DNA of 64,000 nucleotides, taken from contig JBKJJJ010000127.1 of assembly GCA_046598045.1 (NCBI GenBank), positions 1 to 64,000 of the forward strand. Reading direction: 5' to 3'. The notes below the pieces were generated by a model, which was given only the letters and a program-made list of their open reading frames with translations, did no database searches and was not told the DNA's origin. A program made the position numbers and the translations under genes. Below, in pieces: positions 10,037 through 18,665 of the stretch; positions within the stretch are counted from its first letter, which is position 1, and every line of letters begins with the position of its first letter. This DNA is from Candidatus Eiseniibacteriota bacterium. GTDB taxonomy: Bacteria; Eisenbacteria; RBG-16-71-46; DASYSL01.

Positions 10037-11649
10037 GGCGCCTGGCGCACGCGGACGAAGCGGGTCGAGGCCGAGCCCTGGTCGGTCGTCAGGCGCACGT
10101 AGTAGACGCCCGCGGCGAGGTCCCCCGCCGTGAGCGCGATCGACTGCTCCCCGGCAGGGCGATCGGCGTCGAGCAACGATTGCAGGTGGCGGCCGCGCAG
10201 GTCATAGAGATCGAGCCGCACGTGCCCCGGCTGCGGGAGGCGATAGCGCACCGTGCCCGTCCCGCTCAGCGGGTTCGGGGCCACGCCGGCGAGCGACACG
10301 CCAGCGAGCGCACCCGGCTCGACGCCGGTGTTGCTGCCCGTGAAGCCCGCGCGCGCGAGTCCCGTGCGCAGGTCGAGGTTCTGGTACGTGCGCGCCCACA
10401 CGGAGCCGTTGCGATAGTTCTCCATCATGAGCACGATCGGGCCCTGGTCGATGCCGAGGTAGTCGGTGTCGACCCAGCCGTAGTAAGGATTGAACGCGTC
10501 CTTGAAGCCGTACGGCCCCCACGTAGTGGCGCGCCAGTTGTCCCACAGGTTGTGCAGCAAGGGGACCGAGAGCTCGGGCGTGAACACGATCGAGCTCAGG
10601 CCCGCGGTCGGCGTGATCGTGCCGTTGTCGCTCTGCGACGGCGGCGCGCCGTGGGCGGCGTAACCGAACGGATCGTCGGACGCCGTCAGTCCCCACAGGC
10701 TGTCGCTGTAGCCGGTCCACGCCCCCGGGTTCGCGATGCAGTACGAGTGCTGCGCCAGGGTCGCGCGCCGCGAATTCTCGGCGTAGTTCGAGCTTTGCGC
10801 GCGCATGTAATTGTCCTGCATCCCGCTGAAGTCGATCCAGCAATGCGAATACTGGTGCGTGAACAGGGGCGGGCAGATCAGGAACGACTGCCCGTACAAG
10901 GTCTGCCACAGGTAGTTGCTCGTCCACTTGCTCCACGCCGTCGTGGGCACGGGGTGCGTCGGGGAGCCGAGCGCGAGGATGTAGAGGATCATCGCCTCGT
11001 TGTAGCCGACCCACTGTCCGAAACCGCCGAAGCCGGTTCCCGGCTTCCAGCCCTGCAGGATGCCCTGGTTGAAATTGCGCGCGAAGTTCCAGTCGGCGCG
11101 GTAGTAGATCGAGTCCGCGAGCTGGCGGATCAGGACCTCCTGCGAATCGGCGCCGGTGAAGTACATCTTCGTGTCGAGGATGCCGGCGAACAGCAGCGCG
11201 GTGTCGATCGTCGAGAGCTCGCTGTCCCACGTGCGCGTCGCCGTGTTCATGTCGAGGAAGTGGTAGTACAGGCCCTTGTAGCCGATCGTGCCGCTCGCCG
11301 CGCTGCTCTGCGGCCCGGTCCAGAACGTGTTGAGCGTGGTCAGGACGCGGCCCTTCACCTGCTCGCGCGTGAGCCAGCCGTGGTCCACGCCGACGCACAG
11401 CGCCGAGAGGCCGAAGCCCGTGGCCGCGATGCTCGCCGGCGAGCCGGCCGTGCTGCGGTCCTTGACCAGGCCGTTCGCGGGGTTCGCCTGCTCCCAGAAA
11501 TACATCACGCCCGTGTGCTGCACGGTGTCCACCAGCGCAGCGGTCGTCTGCGCGGCGGCGGGCCTCGCCGCGGGGAGGAGCAGCAGCGCCGTGAGCCAGA
11601 ACGATGCGGCCCAGCGGACCCTGTTCGGAAGACGTCGGCTTCGATTCAT
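10033..11649 (-). CDS. Second GH144-like glucanase with C-terminal FlgD/T9SS-like domain
   Basis: Signal peptide; GYKGLYYHFL, ELSTIDTALL, GYNE, PLFTHQYSHCWIDF, DYLGIDQGPI. C-terminal PNPL...LDLYDLRGRHL...AGVYYVRL. Confidence 0.88.
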   Translation of the reverse strand: MNRSRRLPNRVRWAASFWLTALLLLPAARPAAAQTTAALVDTVQHTGVMYFWEQANPANGLVKDRSTAGSPASIAATGFGLSALCVGVDHGWLTREQVKGRVLTTLNTFWTGPQSSAASGTIGYKGLYYHFLDMNTATRTWDSELSTIDTALLFAGILDTKMYFTGADSQEVLIRQLADSIYYRADWNFARNFNQGILQGWKPGTGFGGFGQWVGYNEAMILYILALGSPTHPVPTTAWSKWTSNYLWQTLYGQSFLICPPLFTHQYSHCWIDFSGMQDNYMRAQSSNYAENSRRATLAQHSYCIANPGAWTGYSDSLWGLTASDDPFGYAAHGAPPSQSDNGTITPTAGLSSIVFTPELSVPLLHNLWDNWRATTWGPYGFKDAFNPYYGWVDTDYLGIDQGPIVLMMENYRNGSVWARTYQNLDLRTGLARAGFTGSNTGVEPGALAGVSLAGVAPNPLSGTGTVRYRLPQPGHVRLDLYDLRGRHLQSLLDADRPAGEQSIALTAGDLAAGVYYVRLTTDQGSASTRFVRVRQAP

Positions 11650-11674
11650 GGATGATCCTCGCGTCGGTGCATGC

Positions 11675-12694
11675 CTAGAAGTCGATGCCCACCGAGAACC
11701 GATGCGCTTGATCGAGCCGCCCCTGGTCGGTGTAGGCGTAATCGAGGTGGAACCCGAGCGCGTTGTTCATCTCGCCCTGGAAACCGGCCCCCAGCGTGAG
11801 GCCGGCCTCGGAGTCCCGGAGGAACAGCTGCTGCCAACCCGCCCGGAGCGCGAACGCCTTCTTGTAAGCGTACTCCGCGCCGAGGTTCATGCTCTCGGAA
11901 TTGTCGCTCGGGTGAAGCGCATCGACCGCCAACCGCAGGCTGCTGGCCGCATTGAGCCGGACCGGCAACGCGAGGCCGAAGCGCAGCGTGATCGGCACGC
12001 TGAACCGGTCGGTGAAATACGTCGCCGGGATCGTGCCGTTGTCGCCGGAAGAGTTCGGGTCCTGGTCGAAGGTGACGCTCAGGTCGCGACCGTCATAGCG
12101 CCCGCCGACGCCGAGGTTCGAGACCGCCGCGCCCAGCACCAGGCCGTTGTCGTTCACGCGATAGATCGTGCCGAGGTCGACCACGCCGCTCGCGAGCGTG
12201 CTGTGCCAGATGCGCTCCTGCAGGTACGTGATGCGCGCGCCCACCGAGAACCGGTCGGTGATGGGGCGCGCCCAACCCAACCCCAGCGCCACGTCGGAGA
12301 CGTCGAACGTCTCGCCCGTGCCGAACGGTTGGCCCACGGTGCGCACGTCGATCGCCCCCGAGTTGAGCGCGGTCAGGCTCGCCACCACCGTGCCGGCATG
12401 GCCGATCGGGATCGCGGTCGACACATGGTTGTAGTCGATGTCCGCGATCCAGCGCATGTGCGAGAACGACACCTCGTGCTTGCTCGTGCGCGCGATCGCC
12501 GCCGGGTTGAAGTAGTACGCCTCGAGCCCGAGATCGGCCGCCGCTCCGGCGTTGCCCATCGCGGCGATGCGGGCGTTCGGCTCGAGCGTGAGGAACGATC
12601 CGACCGTCGTGCCGGTCTTGTTCTGCGCCTGCGCGGCGCCCGAGAAGAGCGCCAGCGCCACGAGGACGCCCAGGCCCGGCCCGCGCGCCCTCAC
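11675..12694 (-). CDS. PorV/PorQ-family outer-membrane beta-barrel protein
   Basis: GTG start overlaps the upstream stop. FLTLEPNARIAAMGNA...YFNPAAIA is typical of PorV/FadL-like N-termini; amphipathic strands; terminal Phe (SVGIDF). Confidence 0.8.
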   Translation of the reverse strand: MRARGPGLGVLVALALFSGAAQAQNKTGTTVGSFLTLEPNARIAAMGNAGAAADLGLEAYYFNPAAIARTSKHEVSFSHMRWIADIDYNHVSTAIPIGHAGTVVASLTALNSGAIDVRTVGQPFGTGETFDVSDVALGLGWARPITDRFSVGARITYLQERIWHSTLASGVVDLGTIYRVNDNGLVLGAAVSNLGVGGRYDGRDLSVTFDQDPNSSGDNGTIPATYFTDRFSVPITLRFGLALPVRLNAASSLRLAVDALHPSDNSESMNLGAEYAYKKAFALRAGWQQLFLRDSEAGLTLGAGFQGEMNNALGFHLDYAYTDQGRLDQAHRFSVGIDF

Positions 12695-15600
12695 TTGATC
12701 ACCGCGAACTTTCCGATCGCCGGCTTCGCCCCGGGACCTTCGACCTGGTAGACGTAGAGCCCCGGCGCGACGTCGAGGTTGTCCTTGCTCCGCAGGTCCC
12801 AGGCCACGAACGCATCCGCCGAGCCGTCCTGCCGGAGCGTCTGTACGAGGTCGCCGCGCACGTTGTAGATGCGCACCACCGCGTTGAGCGGGATGCCGCG
12901 GAACTCGAGCCTTCGTACGCCGCGGCCCGACGTGGCGAAGCGCTCCGGCTCGAACGAGGCCGCGCCGACGTAGGGGTTCGGGACGACGTACGGTTGATTC
13001 GTCACCGCCTGCCCCGCGCCGCGCACGACCTGGTCGCCCGAGGTCGTGAAGCGGAACACATCGTCGGCCGCGAGCGGGCGCGCGAGGGTCGCGCGGAACA
13101 CGTCCCCCGCCGCCGGCGGACGGAGCGGCCCGTTGGCGCCGATGCCCGCGGTGTCGATCTCGACGCGCCACGTGATCGCCGCCGTGCCCGGCGCGGCCAG
13201 CGTGCGCGTCACGATGTCGATGCGCTCGTCGAGGCGCGAGAGTGTCTGGTCGTTGTTGAGGTCCCTGAAGATGAAGTCGAGCTTGCGTTCACCCGCGGGT
13301 TCGAGCGCGAACACCTCGAACTTCGCGGGGCGCGCCGGCGCGGGGAACTGGGCGAGCCCCGTGTCCTTGACGACGTCGGAGAAGCGCACCTCGATGTCCT
13401 CCGGGTAGCCCGGCCGCTTCAGGTTCCGCGACAGCACCGGCTGGTAGCTCATCTTTCCGGTCGCGTTCGTCGGGCTGCCCGGGAGGAACCCGGCGGTCGC
13501 GACCCGCACCAGCGAGTCCGAAGTCACGATCGGCAGCAGGCCGTCGCCGACCGGACCGATGCCCACGCCGTCGAAGTCCATGCCGAAGTTGAACAGCGTC
13601 GTGCCCGCGGTGCTGTCGAACAGCGCGTAGGTCTCCGCGCGCACGCTGTCGGTGTCGCTGGCCGCGAACGTGACGTGGAACACGTGGCCATCGGGCACCT
13701 CGGGCGCGGTCACGACCTGCACGACCACGCTGCCGACGCCGCGGCCGGCGATGTGGTCGGCGCCGCCTGCCTCGGCACGCGCGTAGCCCGACACCTTGGG
13801 CTCGGGACGCACGTGCACCGCGTTCTTCGGCAGGATCAGCCCGCCCCGCGGAGTGCGCGAGATCGGAATCGCATTCTCGGACGGATAGAACGAGGCCGAG
13901 TCGTTGCTCACCGGCTCGTACCCGAAGTCGTACGCCGTCACCGCGTAGTAGTAGTCCTGCCCGTTGGTCACCGTGGTGTCGGTCCACGTGTGCTGGATCC
14001 CGGTGTCCGACCCGAGGAAGTAGGACACGCCGGAGATCGTGGTGCGCGAGTAGCCCTCCTTGCCGTCGACGAGGTCGAATTGCGCGATCGGCTTGCCGTT
14101 GCCCGCCAGCGGGCCCGAGCCGTTGCCGGTCGAGATCACCTGGTTGTCGAGGAAGTCCGGGTCGGTCGAGCGGTAGATGCGGTAGCCCTCGAAATCGTAG
14201 TCGTTGGTCACCGGGTCGATTCCGCGCTCGGCGACGTCGTCCCAGGAGAGGCGCACGTGCCCGTCCCCCGCCTCGGCCCTGAGCGTGGGCACCGGCGGCG
14301 GCACGGCGAACTGGTAGTTCGCGTTGTAGATCTGCTGCACGGTCTTGACGTTCTCGCGCAGCTCGCGCAGGTCGGAGCCGTAGGCGAGCGCAAGGCTGAA
14401 GCGCTCGGTCTGCCCCGCCCTGAGCTGGAACGGCCCCGAGGCAAACAGGAACCCGAGGTTGTAATTCGCGGCCAGCGCCGAGTCGAAGCGCGCCCCCACG
14501 CTCGGGTCGGTGAACTTCTCGAACAGGCGCTGCGGCCAGTTGTTGCTGTCGGTGTAGAACAGCACGTTGTCCGACGTCGGGTCCGGGTTCCCGACGCCCG
14601 ACTTGATGCGGTTCATCTTGAAGCCGGTGAGCCCGATCTGGTCCGACTCGTTGAGGTCGGTGCGGTCGAAGTTCGGCTCGCCCTCGGTCGGGATGCCGTC
14701 GCCCTCGCCCGCGTCCTGGGTCCCCGGCACGCCGTCGCCGCCGACGTCGCTGTACTGCGTCGTCCAGTCCATGTCCTCGTCACCCGTGAACCACGTGCCG
14801 AACTTGAACGCCGGGCGGTTGTCGAGCGGGCCGTACGCGGTCTCGAACTTCGCGAGGTCGTAGTGCGTCGTCACGTAGTCGCGGATCGCGGCCTGGCCGT
14901 CGATGCGCGTGCCGGGCCCGCCGTCCCGGCTCTCGTCGGTGATGCCGTCGTTGTCGTCGTCCAACCCGTTGAACTTGTTGCCCGGCGTCTCGAGGTAGGC
15001 GTAACCGAGGTAGCCGGTCTTGCCGCAGTTGCCCGAGAGGTCGCGACCATGGCCGTTCTTGTCCCACGTGTAGACCAGGTTGAGGCCCGAGGACTTGTCG
15101 AAGTACGCGTTGTCGTCGTCGGACTCGTAGATGCCGTCGCACGACAGCGACGAGCCGCCCACGCCCGAGTCCATGTACAGCCCGAAGATGATGTCGTCGT
15201 TGTAGTCGGTCGTGCTCTCGTTGGTGATGTCGTAGTGCCAGAAGATGACGTTGCCGGCCTGCGGGTTCGCCCACTGGAACCCGCGCACCTGCACGCGCAG
15301 GCCGAGCCCCTTGCGCGTCGAGTCCCGGCTGTCGGGGTAGTAGTCCCACGCGTCGTAGTACTGGTCGTCCATCACGGTGAAGCTCTCCTGGTCGGCCGCC
15401 GGGCGCTTGCCGAAGTAGCCGTTCCAGCTGCCGTCCCAGCCCGGATCCGAGGGATCGAGCAGCTTGTCGGGCCACTGGCCAGGCCACGTGCGCGGATCGT
15501 TGCTGATCGCCGGCGAGCGCCCGCGATTGATCGTCGGGTCGGGCTGGAAATACCCGGGCCGCGGCTCGAAGCGCATGATGTTGTTCGTGTACGGGCTCGC

Positions 15601-15975
15601 GGCCTGGCGCTCGCGGAAGCCGGTCTCCATGATGTACTGGTCGAGCCCGGAGACGTCCTTGATCTTCGCGAGCACGAACGGGGTGACGCCGTCGGAGTAG
15701 TTCATGCCCGTGCCCTTGGGCACTTCGACCGAGTGGAACACGGACAGGTCGACGTTGCCCGGGTCGGCCGGGTAGTCGCCCACCATCCCGAAGTTCCAGA
15801 ACAGGGTGCGGATGCGCGCCGCGTCGTGGGTGCCGGAGCGCTCGGCGTCGGCGCGGCCGCGCTGGTCGGCCGGCACCGGCGTGACCACTTGCGCGCCCGC
15901 GGGGCGCGCGCTCGCCGCGGCGCAGAGCGCGAGCGCCAGCGCGGCCGCCACGATGATGCGAGGACGCAAGCTCAC
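12691..15975 (-). CDS. Large secreted/surface protein with acidic Ca-binding-like motifs, Fn3-like segment and C-terminal FlgD-like domain
   Basis: True start GTG 15975 (MSLRPRIIVAAALALALC); the ORF-track N-terminal extension is a shadow of the TBDR. NGLDDDNDGITDE, DGVPGTQDAGEGDGIPTEGEP, VRLSWDD...FEGYRIYRS...YYYAVTAYD, C-terminal VVPNPY...IYNVRGDLV...GLYVYQV. Confidence 0.85.
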   Translation of the reverse strand: MSLRPRIIVAAALALALCAAASARPAGAQVVTPVPADQRGRADAERSGTHDAARIRTLFWNFGMVGDYPADPGNVDLSVFHSVEVPKGTGMNYSDGVTPFVLAKIKDVSGLDQYIMETGFRERQAASPYTNNIMRFEPRPGYFQPDPTINRGRSPAISNDPRTWPGQWPDKLLDPSDPGWDGSWNGYFGKRPAADQESFTVMDDQYYDAWDYYPDSRDSTRKGLGLRVQVRGFQWANPQAGNVIFWHYDITNESTTDYNDDIIFGLYMDSGVGGSSLSCDGIYESDDDNAYFDKSSGLNLVYTWDKNGHGRDLSGNCGKTGYLGYAYLETPGNKFNGLDDDNDGITDESRDGGPGTRIDGQAAIRDYVTTHYDLAKFETAYGPLDNRPAFKFGTWFTGDEDMDWTTQYSDVGGDGVPGTQDAGEGDGIPTEGEPNFDRTDLNESDQIGLTGFKMNRIKSGVGNPDPTSDNVLFYTDSNNWPQRLFEKFTDPSVGARFDSALAANYNLGFLFASGPFQLRAGQTERFSLALAYGSDLRELRENVKTVQQIYNANYQFAVPPPVPTLRAEAGDGHVRLSWDDVAERGIDPVTNDYDFEGYRIYRSTDPDFLDNQVISTGNGSGPLAGNGKPIAQFDLVDGKEGYSRTTISGVSYFLGSDTGIQHTWTDTTVTNGQDYYYAVTAYDFGYEPVSNDSASFYPSENAIPISRTPRGGLILPKNAVHVRPEPKVSGYARAEAGGADHIAGRGVGSVVVQVVTAPEVPDGHVFHVTFAASDTDSVRAETYALFDSTAGTTLFNFGMDFDGVGIGPVGDGLLPIVTSDSLVRVATAGFLPGSPTNATGKMSYQPVLSRNLKRPGYPEDIEVRFSDVVKDTGLAQFPAPARPAKFEVFALEPAGERKLDFIFRDLNNDQTLSRLDERIDIVTRTLAAPGTAAITWRVEIDTAGIGANGPLRPPAAGDVFRATLARPLAADDVFRFTTSGDQVVRGAGQAVTNQPYVVPNPYVGAASFEPERFATSGRGVRRLEFRGIPLNAVVRIYNVRGDLVQTLRQDGSADAFVAWDLRSKDNLDVAPGLYVYQVEGPGAKPAIGKFAVIK

Positions 15976-18665
15976 GATCCGCCTCCCTTGACGCCGCCGC
16001 CCGCGAACCTCAGGCCGACCTCGATCCGCCGCGGCGCGTAGTAGCGCGTCGGGTCGGCGAGCAGCGGCGCATCGGTCGAGAAGCGCGAATAGTACGGGCT
16101 GCCCGAAGTCGAAAACACGCCGCCGTTGAAGAACCGCTGGTCGAACAGGTTGAACACGCGCACGAACGCGTGCGCGGGCATGTGCCCGACCGACAGGTCC
16201 TTCTCCGCGCGCAGGTCCACGAGGAACGACCCGGGCTTGCGGCCCGAGTTCGCCTCGAGCCCGTTGCCGAAGCCCGCGTCGACCGCGGGCGTGAAGGGCT
16301 GTCCGCTGACCACGCGCACGATCGTCGACAGCAGGTAGTTGTCCGCCTTGCCGTAGCTCGAGGTCAGGTTGAGCGTGTGCCGCTGGTCCCAGTTGAACGG
16401 GATCTCGCGCGGTCGCGGGTCCTCGCCGTTGGTCGCTCGGGTCGCGGTCTCGCGCGGGTCGCTCGAGTTTCCGGTCGCCTTCTGCCACGTGTAGTCGAGC
16501 GTCAGGCCAAAGGGGCCGGACGGCCTCAGGTCGAACGCGACCGTGAAGCCGAGCACGCTGCCGAAGTCGATGTTCGTCAGCCGGGCGTACTCGGCGTCGT
16601 TGTAGGTCTGGATGAACTCGACGCCGAGCAGGTCCCTGATGTCCTTGTAGAACACGGTCAGGTCCGCGCCCAGGTTCTCGCTGATCGCGGTCTTGTATCC
16701 GCCCTCGTACTGGATCGTGCGCTCGGGCTTGATGTCCGGGTTGCCGAGGACGCCGATCTGGGCCTCGCTCTGCGGCGTCGCCTGCAGCTTCGCGAGCACC
16801 GAGTAGTCGGCGTTCGTGAAGATATCCCCGAGCGACGGGAACTGCGTGAAGTGCCCGTAGGCGAAATGCGCCGCGGACCTGGGGCCGGTCGGCCACGACA
16901 CGCCGATGCGGGGGGAGATCGCGAACTTGGACGTGGTCGCGACCGGCTGCGAGAGCGGCGCGCCGGGGAGCGCGTTCGCCGGGTTCGCGAGGTCGCTCGG
17001 GATCGTCGAACGCGCGTCGAACAGATCGAAGCGCACTCCGGCGCGCAACGTAAGGTCGTTGAATTCGAGCTGGTCCTGGCCGAACGCGGAGGCCACGAGC
17101 GGGAAGTACGTGCGGTAGCCCGCGAAGTTCGGCGGCTCGTCGACGTGACGATACAGGCTGTCGCCGAACACGGTGATCGTGCCGGGAGGCCCGAACGTGA
17201 CGCGCGGCAACTGGAACTCGGCGCCGAACTTGAGCTGGCTGACCTCGGAGGCCTGGCGGACGTAGGAGGTCTTGAACAGCAGCGTGTTCGTGTTCTGGAT
17301 GAAACGATTGAGGTTGATGCCCTGGAACACTGCGTTGTCCTGGAAGTTCGCCGAGCTGTGCGGAGCTCCGGCCGCGTCGTACCGTGCATCGTACAGGTTG
17401 GCGAACGCCCAGTCGTGATAGTCGAAGTAATTCTGGCGGATCGCGAGCGTGGCGAAGCTCTTCTTGTCGAACGTGCGGTTGAAGTCGAGGCCGTGCACGA
17501 TCGAGTAGGTGTGCTTCTTCGTCCGGCCGTCGGGCAGCAGGCGGTACGCCCAGTCGACCGACTGCGCGTCGATCAGATTGACGATCGCCTGGTAGCCGAG
17601 TTCGAGGTTCGGGACCGAGCGGTTCGACACCTTGAACACGCCTGACCACTCGCGCGACGTCCCGAGCGGGACCCGCGCGCCGTCGCCGGTCGGCCGGTAG
17701 ATGCTCGAGTCCGGAGCCGACTGGTCCGTCGGCACGAACACGCGCTGCCCGTACGCGAAGTCGTCGAACACGGAGCGGCGCGCGTTGACGAGGTAGTTCG
17801 TGTGGTGGAGCGGCGTCGGCCCGCTCAGGCTGAGCTGGTAGCTCTGCGTGCCGGTCGGACGGAACGAGTAGCCCTCGAGGGCGCGGCGCGACGCGGCGTT
17901 GAACGCCAGGAAACCGCCGCCGTAGACCTCCGCGTTCCACTCGAACTTGTCCGCGCCACGCTTCAGGATCGCGTTGACCACGCCACTCTGCGCCTGCCCG
18001 TACTCGGCGTCGAATGTGCCGCTGATGACCTGCACCTCCTCGAGCAACGAGCGGTCGAGGCGGAGCGACGACTTGTTGTCGTAGGCGTTGTTCACCGAGA
18101 TGCCGTCGACCTGGTACTGGACCTCGCCGATGCGCCCGCCGCGGAAGTGGCCGTCGACAACGCCGGCCTGCAGGTTCACCACGTCGTCGAGGCTCTGCAC
18201 CGGGAGTTTGGCGATCTCCTGCGCGGACACGGTCGCGATCGAGTTCGTGCGCGAGACCTCGACCACGGGCCGCGTCGCCTTGACCACGACCTCGCCGATC
18301 TGGAGCGCCTCTTCCTTGAGCGAGACGTCGAAGCGGGCGGTCAGGTCGGCCGAGACCGTGACGCCCGTCGTGACCACCGCACCGTAGCCGAGCAGGTTCA
18401 CGCGCACGTCGTAGCTGCCGGGCGGGAGGTTGAGAATCGAGTAACGGCCGTCGATGTCGGTCGCGGCGCCGGTGCGCAGGGCGGGCAGCGCGACGCTCGC
18501 CCCCACCAGCGGCTGGCCCTTGGCGTCGGTCACGCGGCCGGCGAGCTTGCCGGTCGTGCCCGCCCAAGCCGAGTCCGCAAGAAACGTGGGTGCGGCCACG
18601 CCGGCCGCCATCCCCGCGAGCGCGAGGATGGCGACCAGCAAGCGCCTTCTCGACGCGCCGATCAC
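15972..18665 (-). CDS. TonB-dependent receptor with N-terminal carboxypeptidase-regulatory-like domain (non-SusC type)
   Basis: GKLAGRVTDAKGQPLVGASV...TDIDGRY; plug HFRGGR...YQVDGI...GTFDAEYGQAQSGVVN; GNPDIKPERTIQYE; FNLFD; PRRIEVGLRF. Confidence 0.92.
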   Translation of the reverse strand: MIGASRRRLLVAILALAGMAAGVAAPTFLADSAWAGTTGKLAGRVTDAKGQPLVGASVALPALRTGAATDIDGRYSILNLPPGSYDVRVNLLGYGAVVTTGVTVSADLTARFDVSLKEEALQIGEVVVKATRPVVEVSRTNSIATVSAQEIAKLPVQSLDDVVNLQAGVVDGHFRGGRIGEVQYQVDGISVNNAYDNKSSLRLDRSLLEEVQVISGTFDAEYGQAQSGVVNAILKRGADKFEWNAEVYGGGFLAFNAASRRALEGYSFRPTGTQSYQLSLSGPTPLHHTNYLVNARRSVFDDFAYGQRVFVPTDQSAPDSSIYRPTGDGARVPLGTSREWSGVFKVSNRSVPNLELGYQAIVNLIDAQSVDWAYRLLPDGRTKKHTYSIVHGLDFNRTFDKKSFATLAIRQNYFDYHDWAFANLYDARYDAAGAPHSSANFQDNAVFQGINLNRFIQNTNTLLFKTSYVRQASEVSQLKFGAEFQLPRVTFGPPGTITVFGDSLYRHVDEPPNFAGYRTYFPLVASAFGQDQLEFNDLTLRAGVRFDLFDARSTIPSDLANPANALPGAPLSQPVATTSKFAISPRIGVSWPTGPRSAAHFAYGHFTQFPSLGDIFTNADYSVLAKLQATPQSEAQIGVLGNPDIKPERTIQYEGGYKTAISENLGADLTVFYKDIRDLLGVEFIQTYNDAEYARLTNIDFGSVLGFTVAFDLRPSGPFGLTLDYTWQKATGNSSDPRETATRATNGEDPRPREIPFNWDQRHTLNLTSSYGKADNYLLSTIVRVVSGQPFTPAVDAGFGNGLEANSGRKPGSFLVDLRAEKDLSVGHMPAHAFVRVFNLFDQRFFNGGVFSTSGSPYYSRFSTDAPLLADPTRYYAPRRIEVGLRFAGGGVKGGGS

